A stretch of 64,000 bases of DNA from Polyangiales bacterium (lineage in GTDB: Bacteria > Myxococcota_A > Polyangia > Polyangiales > Ga0077539). The stretch covers positions 32,001 to 96,000 of the forward strand of contig JBGARZ010000007.1 in NCBI GenBank assembly GCA_044229975.1. Direction: 5' to 3'. The translations under genes were made by a program, and so were the position numbers. The notes under the pieces are model-generated. The model did not search any database. It was not told where the DNA came from and saw only the letters and a program-made list of their open reading frames with translations. This document shows, in pieces, positions 58,938-64,000 of this stretch (the first letter of the stretch is position 1; the number at the start of each line of letters is the position of its first letter).

Positions 58938-59627
58938 ATGGGCAGCAGTCGTCTCGTCCCTCTCCTCGCGGCGCTCGCGTGGGCGCCGTCCGCCGTCGCG
59001 CATGGTCTCGACGCCAATCGCATCGAGCTCGTCGTCCATGACAACGTCGTCGAGGCCGTCGCCACGCCCGCGGCCGAGTCCGTGCGGATGGCCGACGACG
59101 ATGGCGATGGGCGCATCTCCCCCGCCGAGCTGAGGGCCCACCGCGACGAGGTGCGCAACGCCCTCGTCGCGTCGCTCGCCGTGCTCGATGGCAACGGTAC
59201 GCCGGGAGCGCTGGAGCGCGCGGACGTGTCGGTGCCGCGCGGCTACGCGATCGATAACGTCGCCGGGCGCGACTACGTCCGCCTCACGGTCGTGCGGCGC
59301 TGGGAAACGCCGCCGACAGCGCTGCGGGTGCGCTGCGGCTTCGCGGGAGGGCACCCGGTCGCGGTCTCTGCCCACCGCGCCGAGGCGGCGACGCCGGGCG
59401 TCCTGACCCTCATGGGCGAGCCTGAGTACGGCTCGCTCTCGACGCCGCTCTCCGAGGTCACGCTGCTCGATCGACGCGCGCCCACCCTCGCGCCCGCCCC
59501 CACCGTGTCGCGCCGCGCGGGCCCCGTTTCTGCAACCACCACGACCACGCCGTCTGCCGTGGTGGTGCTCGCCTTCGCGGCCCTCGCGGTGCTCTTCACC
59601 CACTTCGAAATCAGGAAGCACTCATGA
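58938..59627 (+). CDS. Exported protein with EF-hand-like loop and C-terminal TM
   Basis: Signal peptide ending AVA-H, DDDGDGRISPAE loop; ATGA overlap with the YHYH gene. Confidence 0.7.
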   Translation: MGSSRLVPLLAALAWAPSAVAHGLDANRIELVVHDNVVEAVATPAAESVRMADDDGDGRISPAELRAHRDEVRNALVASLAVLDGNGTPGALERADVSVPRGYAIDNVAGRDYVRLTVVRRWETPPTALRVRCGFAGGHPVAVSAHRAEAATPGVLTLMGEPEYGSLSTPLSEVTLLDRRAPTLAPAPTVSRRAGPVSATTTTTPSAVVVLAFAALAVLFTHFEIRKHS

Positions 59628-61156
59628 CCAACCCTCGATTGCCGGGGCGCATCGCCCTCGTGACGGCAGCGCTCGCCGCGTGCGGGCCCGCCTCCGTCGA
59701 CAACAGCACCGACGCCGCCACGACGAGCGACACCGGCGCCGCCCTCGACGTCGCGGTCGTCGACAGCGCCGCGCTGCCCGATCGCCCGCCGCCGCCTTTC
59801 GATGGTCCGCCTCCGCCGCCGGACGCGCCGCCTCCGCCCGATGCCCCGCCGCCGCCCATGGATCGCCCGCCGCCGCCCGATGGAGCGCCTCCGCCACCGG
59901 ACGCGCCGCCTCCGCCCGATGCAGGAGCGCCGGTCGATCGCCCGCTCGCGGCCGATGTCCCGCCCGCGGTCGACGTCCCGACGTCCCCGACGGATTCGGG
60001 CCTCTCGTGCGCCAGCCCGGGCACGGTGACGCTCGCCACGCCGCCGACCGTGGCCACCAGCACGAGTGACTTCAACGTCACGCTCAACGCCTGCACCCGC
60101 ACGGCGCGCGCGCTGGAGTGCTCGCTCGGCGTGGGCCACCGCATCTCCATCGTGGTCGACGGGGCGGTGCGGCGCATCACGGCCAACGGCATCCCCAACC
60201 ACGACGTCGGGGACTTCCCCAACCCCAACAACCCCAACGCGATCTCCGCGCAGTCGTACAGCTACACGGTGCCCGTGACGCCGTCGGGCGCGGGGGCGGT
60301 CTCGACCATCTTCGGTATCACCCTCAGCGGCGTCGTCCTCGACCCCGGCACCGCCGAGACCTGGAACGACAACACCAGCTGGCGCTACGAAGCCCTCCGC
60401 TACGCGACGGCGCCCGGGTATTTCAGCGGTTCGGGGGCGACGGACACCACGCGCCATCCGACGGGTCTCGGGCTCGACTGCAACTTCGCCCACGTGCAGC
60501 CGACGGGCGCGTACCACTATCACGGCATCCCGACGGGGCTGATGCCCACGACCCCGACGCTCACCTTCGTCGGCTGGGCGGGCGACGGCTACCCCATCTT
60601 CGGCCGCTGGGACCGCTCCGTCGCCAACGACGCGTCGAGCCCGCTGCGGGAGATGCGCGCCAGCTACCGGCTGCGCTCGGGCACCCGCCCCTCCGGCACC
60701 GCCGGCCCCGGCGGCACCTACGACGGCACCTTCGGCGCCGACTGGGAGTACGTCGCGGGCCTCGGCGACCTCGATGAGTGCAACGGGCGCACTGGGTCCG
60801 TCGTCGTCGATGGCGCGGCCGTCACGACGTACCACTACGTGCTGACGAATACGTTCCCGTATATTCCGCGGTGCTGGCACGCGACGCCGGACGCCTCGTT
60901 TCGCGGGATGATGATGATGATGGGCGGCGGCGACGCGGGCGTCCCTGCGACGGACGCCGGGATGACCATGGGCCCGGTGGCCTGCACCACCACGGCGCAG
61001 TGCGCGACGGCCTGCCCCGCGGGCTCGTATGGGTGCACCTGCGGGAGCACGCCGATGGGCATGCGGTGCATCCCGACCTGCCGCACCGTCGCCGACTGCC
61101 CGACGCCGCCCGCGGGCATGACCTTCATGTGCCGCTCGGGGGTCTGCGCGCCGTAG
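59624..61156 (+). CDS. YHYH-domain lipoprotein with PPPPD repeats and Cys-rich tail
   Basis: LAAC lipobox; NGIPNH, H.QP.GAYHYHG, GWA.DGYPI.G, DLDECNGR, YHY. Confidence 0.9.
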   Translation: MTNPRLPGRIALVTAALAACGPASVDNSTDAATTSDTGAALDVAVVDSAALPDRPPPPFDGPPPPPDAPPPPDAPPPPMDRPPPPDGAPPPPDAPPPPDAGAPVDRPLAADVPPAVDVPTSPTDSGLSCASPGTVTLATPPTVATSTSDFNVTLNACTRTARALECSLGVGHRISIVVDGAVRRITANGIPNHDVGDFPNPNNPNAISAQSYSYTVPVTPSGAGAVSTIFGITLSGVVLDPGTAETWNDNTSWRYEALRYATAPGYFSGSGATDTTRHPTGLGLDCNFAHVQPTGAYHYHGIPTGLMPTTPTLTFVGWAGDGYPIFGRWDRSVANDASSPLREMRASYRLRSGTRPSGTAGPGGTYDGTFGADWEYVAGLGDLDECNGRTGSVVVDGAAVTTYHYVLTNTFPYIPRCWHATPDASFRGMMMMMGGGDAGVPATDAGMTMGPVACTTTAQCATACPAGSYGCTCGSTPMGMRCIPTCRTVADCPTPPAGMTFMCRSGVCAP

Positions 61157-61217
61157 CAGCGATGTGCAGCGGCGGTGCTCAACGGTTGCGCTTCGAGCGC
61201 AGCGTTGTGCAACGCCC

Positions 61218-61245
61218 TTGCACAACCATGGGCGCTCGGTAGCCT
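61218..61245 (+). promoter_or_regulatory. Possible sigma70 promoter (leaderless start at 61253)
   Basis: TTGCAC-N16-TAGCCT, 7 nt before GTG 61253. Confidence 0.45.
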
Positions 61246-61252
61246 CCCCACC

Positions 61253-62569
61253 GTGGCGCCACGACGGATCGCTCCCACCGATCTCACGCCCGCCTCCGCC
61301 CTCGCCCGTCGCCTCGCCGCCCACCACCCCACCGAGCGCGTCACCGTCGACCACGACGGCACGGCAGTCCCCGCCGTCGCGGGCGAGCCCCTCGCCGTCG
61401 CCCTCCTCGCCGCCGGTCGCACGACCCTCGCGCGCAGCGTGAAGTACCACCGGCCCCGCGGCCCCATGTGCCTGCGCGGCGACTGCGACGGCTGCCTCGT
61501 GCGCGTCGACGGCGTCCCCGATGTGATGGCCTGCCAGATGCCCGTGCGCGCGGGCATGGTCGTCCAGTCGCAAAACGCCTTCCCATCCGCGGGCCTCGAC
61601 GTCCTTCAGGTGACCGACTGGTTCTTTCCCAAGCACCTCGATCACCACCACCTGTTCGTGAAGTTTGGCAGCGCGCTCAACCGCACCATGCAGGTGTTTG
61701 CGCGTCGCATGGCGGGCCTCGGAACCCTCCCCGACGCCATCGCCACCTTCCCCCGCGCCGAGACCCTCAGCGTCGATGCTCTCGTGATCGGCGGCGGAAC
61801 CTCCGGCGTCGCCTGCGCCAACGCCCTCTCCCGCGGCGGCCTGAGTGTCGCCCTCGTCGACGAGCGCGAGGGCTTCGGTGGCCTGCGTCGCGATGATCCC
61901 ACCGACCACGGCGCGTACCCCGAGTGCGAGCGCGGGGTGATCGTCCGACACGACGCGGGTGTCGTCGCCGCGTACGAGGACGAGACCCTGGTCGTGCACG
62001 CGGGCGGCGGGCTTACGGTGCATGCGCGGGCGCGCGTCTTCGCCACCGGCTGCCGCGAGTCGGTCGGAACCTTCGCCAACAACGACCTCCCCGGCGTCTT
62101 CACCGCGCGGGCCTTCGCGCTGGCGCTCTGTCACGGCGTCATAGCGGGCCGTCGTGTCGTGGTGGTGGGCGACGGCGCCTCGGCGCGCGCCATCGTGGCG
62201 TCGCTCGGGACGAGGGTGCTGCATCGCCCCGAGGCGACGGTGGTCGCGGCGGTGGGGAGCCGCGCGGTGCGGGCGGTGGTGTTGCGCGAGGGCGATCGCG
62301 AGTCGACGGAGAAGTGCGACGCGCTGGTGGTGGGCTCCGAGCAGGCCGCGGCGTACGAGCTCGCGGGGCAGGCGGGCGCGCGCGTCGGCTGGAACGCCAC
62401 GCGGCGATGCTTCGTCCCCGAGAGCGACGAAGACGGCGCGACGTCGGCGGCGGGCGTGTACGTGACGGGGTCGCTGCGGATGGGCGAACAGGCGCACGCG
62501 ACGCGGGCGAGGGACGGCGAGGGGGTAGCGGCGCGGGTGCTGCGGGACCTGGGTGGAGCGGCGCGATGA
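61253..62569 (+). CDS. Sarcosine-oxidase/proline-dehydrogenase alpha-like subunit (2Fe-2S plus Rossmann fold)
   Basis: RSVKYHRPRG..C..G.C..CLV.VDG......C; VIGGG.SG; ATG..E...F.NNDLPGV. Confidence 0.88.
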   Translation: MAPRRIAPTDLTPASALARRLAAHHPTERVTVDHDGTAVPAVAGEPLAVALLAAGRTTLARSVKYHRPRGPMCLRGDCDGCLVRVDGVPDVMACQMPVRAGMVVQSQNAFPSAGLDVLQVTDWFFPKHLDHHHLFVKFGSALNRTMQVFARRMAGLGTLPDAIATFPRAETLSVDALVIGGGTSGVACANALSRGGLSVALVDEREGFGGLRRDDPTDHGAYPECERGVIVRHDAGVVAAYEDETLVVHAGGGLTVHARARVFATGCRESVGTFANNDLPGVFTARAFALALCHGVIAGRRVVVVGDGASARAIVASLGTRVLHRPEATVVAAVGSRAVRAVVLREGDRESTEKCDALVVGSEQAAAYELAGQAGARVGWNATRRCFVPESDEDGATSAAGVYVTGSLRMGEQAHATRARDGEGVAARVLRDLGGAAR

Positions 62570-62841
62570 CGGACAAGGCGCTCCTGTGCCGGTGCGAGGA
62601 CGTGACGCTCGACGAGGTGATGGAGGCCGTCGCGGCGGGCCACCGCGACATCGAGTCGGTGAAGCGCTACACGGGCTTCGGCACCGGGTGGTGCCAGGGC
62701 AAGCAGTGCGTGGGGGCGTGCGCGCGCATCCTCGCGGAGGTGACCGGCGCGGCCCCGGAGCTGCCCATCACGCCGCGTCCGCCGCTGCACCCGGTCGCGC
62801 TCGGGGTGCTGGCCTCGCTGGGCGACGAGGACGAGCCGTGA
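62566..62841 (+). CDS. BFD-like [2Fe-2S] small subunit
   Basis: CRCEDVT, VKRYT..G.G.CQG..C, T.RPP..PV. Confidence 0.9.
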   Translation: MTDKALLCRCEDVTLDEVMEAVAAGHRDIESVKRYTGFGTGWCQGKQCVGACARILAEVTGAAPELPITPRPPLHPVALGVLASLGDEDEP

Positions 62842-64000
62842 CGGGCCCGCGGGTGGTGGTGATCGGCGCGGGGATCATGGGCCTCGCCACCGCCTACAAC
62901 CTGGCGAAGCGCGGCGTGCGCGACGTGGTGGTGGTCGACCGCGGGTACCTCTGCGGTGGGGCGAGCGGGCGCAACGGCGGCGGGGTGCGGGCGCAGTTTT
63001 CGACGGAGACCAACATCCGGCTGATGCGAGAGAGCATCGAGCTCTGCCGCGACTTCGCGACGGAGATGAAGATCAATGTGTGGTTTCGCCAGGGGGGCTA
63101 CCTCTTCCTGACGCGCACCGCCGAGCGCGCGAAGACGCTCGAAGACAACGTCGCCCTCCAGAACCGCTGTGGGTTGCCGACGCGCATGCTCGACCCGTCG
63201 GAGCTGCAACGCATCGTTCCAGAGATTTCGTCGGAGGGCGTCAGGGCGGCGAGCTTCAACCCGGGGGACGGCGTGGTGTTTCCGTGGCCCTTCGTGTGGG
63301 GCTACGCGAAGGCCGCGGCGGCGATGGGGGTGACCATCCGGCCCTTCACCGAGGTGGTGGGCTTCGAGGTGAAGGGCGATCGCATCGCGGGGGTGACGCT
63401 GCGGCCCACGAAGCTGTCGCCGCTCGACGCGAGCGACGCGGTGCTGCCCGCGGGTGAGGCGTACGTCGAGGCGTGCGACGAGGTGGTGCTGTGCGCCGGC
63501 GCGTGGAGCCCGGAGGTCGCGAAGCTGGTCGGGCTGTCGCTGCCCAACAAGCCGCATCGTCACGAGATCTGCTCGACGGAGCCGCTCAAGCCCTGGCTGG
63601 GTCCGCTGGTGGCCGACCTCACCGATGGGCTGTATTTCTCGCAGTCCATGCGCGGTGAGATCGTCGGCGGCGTGGCGGTGGAGCCCGTCCCCGAGGGGAT
63701 CAACCAGCAGAGCTCGCGCCGTTTTCTGACGAAGTACGCGAAGGCGCTGGTGAGGGCGGTTCCGACGATGGCGGGGGTGCGGGTGCTGCGGCAGTGGGCG
63801 GGCTGCTACGACCTGACGCCCGACGGGAGCCCCATCGTGGGGCGCGTCGACGAGGTAGCCAACCTCACGCTGGCGTGCGGGTTCATGGGCCACGGGTTCA
63901 TGATGGCGCCGGTGATGGGGGGCTTACTGGCCGAGCACGTGGCGACGGGCGAGACGAGCGAGCTGTTTGCGCGGTGGTCGCTGGGGCGCTTCGCCCGCGG
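62838..64000 (+). CDS. FAD-dependent oxidoreductase, sarcosine-oxidase beta-like (runs off window end)
   Basis: Not in the ORF track (no stop seen in window); VVVIGAGIMG, GASGRNGGG, QWAG.YD.TPD..PIVG, GHGFMMAP. Confidence 0.93.
   Translation, partial: MTGPRVVVIGAGIMGLATAYNLAKRGVRDVVVVDRGYLCGGASGRNGGGVRAQFSTETNIRLMRESIELCRDFATEMKINVWFRQGGYLFLTRTAERAKTLEDNVALQNRCGLPTRMLDPSELQRIVPEISSEGVRAASFNPGDGVVFPWPFVWGYAKAAAAMGVTIRPFTEVVGFEVKGDRIAGVTLRPTKLSPLDASDAVLPAGEAYVEACDEVVLCAGAWSPEVAKLVGLSLPNKPHRHEICSTEPLKPWLGPLVADLTDGLYFSQSMRGEIVGGVAVEPVPEGINQQSSRRFLTKYAKALVRAVPTMAGVRVLRQWAGCYDLTPDGSPIVGRVDEVANLTLACGFMGHGFMMAPVMGGLLAEHVATGETSELFARWSLGRFAR

Noticed and set aside
59273..62497. 1074-aa minus-strand ORF and similar long antisense ORFs (e.g. 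54998-57874, 48882-51404, 38226-40385)
   Set aside because: Shadow frames of well-supported opposite-strand genes in high-GC DNA; Arg/Gly/Ala-rich with no motifs

Overview
GC-rich bacterial chromosomal window, most consistent with Myxococcota (MYXO-CTERM-like tail, TIGR04563-like small protein, Cys-rich lipoproteins, bactofilin upstream of a b'/b/delta/alpha/gamma atp cluster). Housekeeping blocks are lysC-lysA, menF-menD-menH, a partial ATP synthase operon, an S41 protease, ilvE and a sarcosine/proline-oxidase-like operon running off the right end. Accessory material includes: (1) an uncharacterised P-loop ATPase plus a compositionally mosaic partner, followed by an Rpn-family nuclease with an apparent internal start; (2) a lipid block with a FAAH-like amidase split at a C7 tract, an acyl-CoA ligase, two desaturases (one cytochrome b5-fused) and an AraC regulator; (3) an internally deleted PIN toxin beside its presumed antitoxin; (4) an ACP-like protein lacking the attachment serine behind a sigma54-type promoter; (5) five long intergenic inverted repeats. 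I found no rRNA, tRNA, CRISPR array or intact IS transposase. All calls are by-eye motif recognition; no searches were run and several start codons are estimates.
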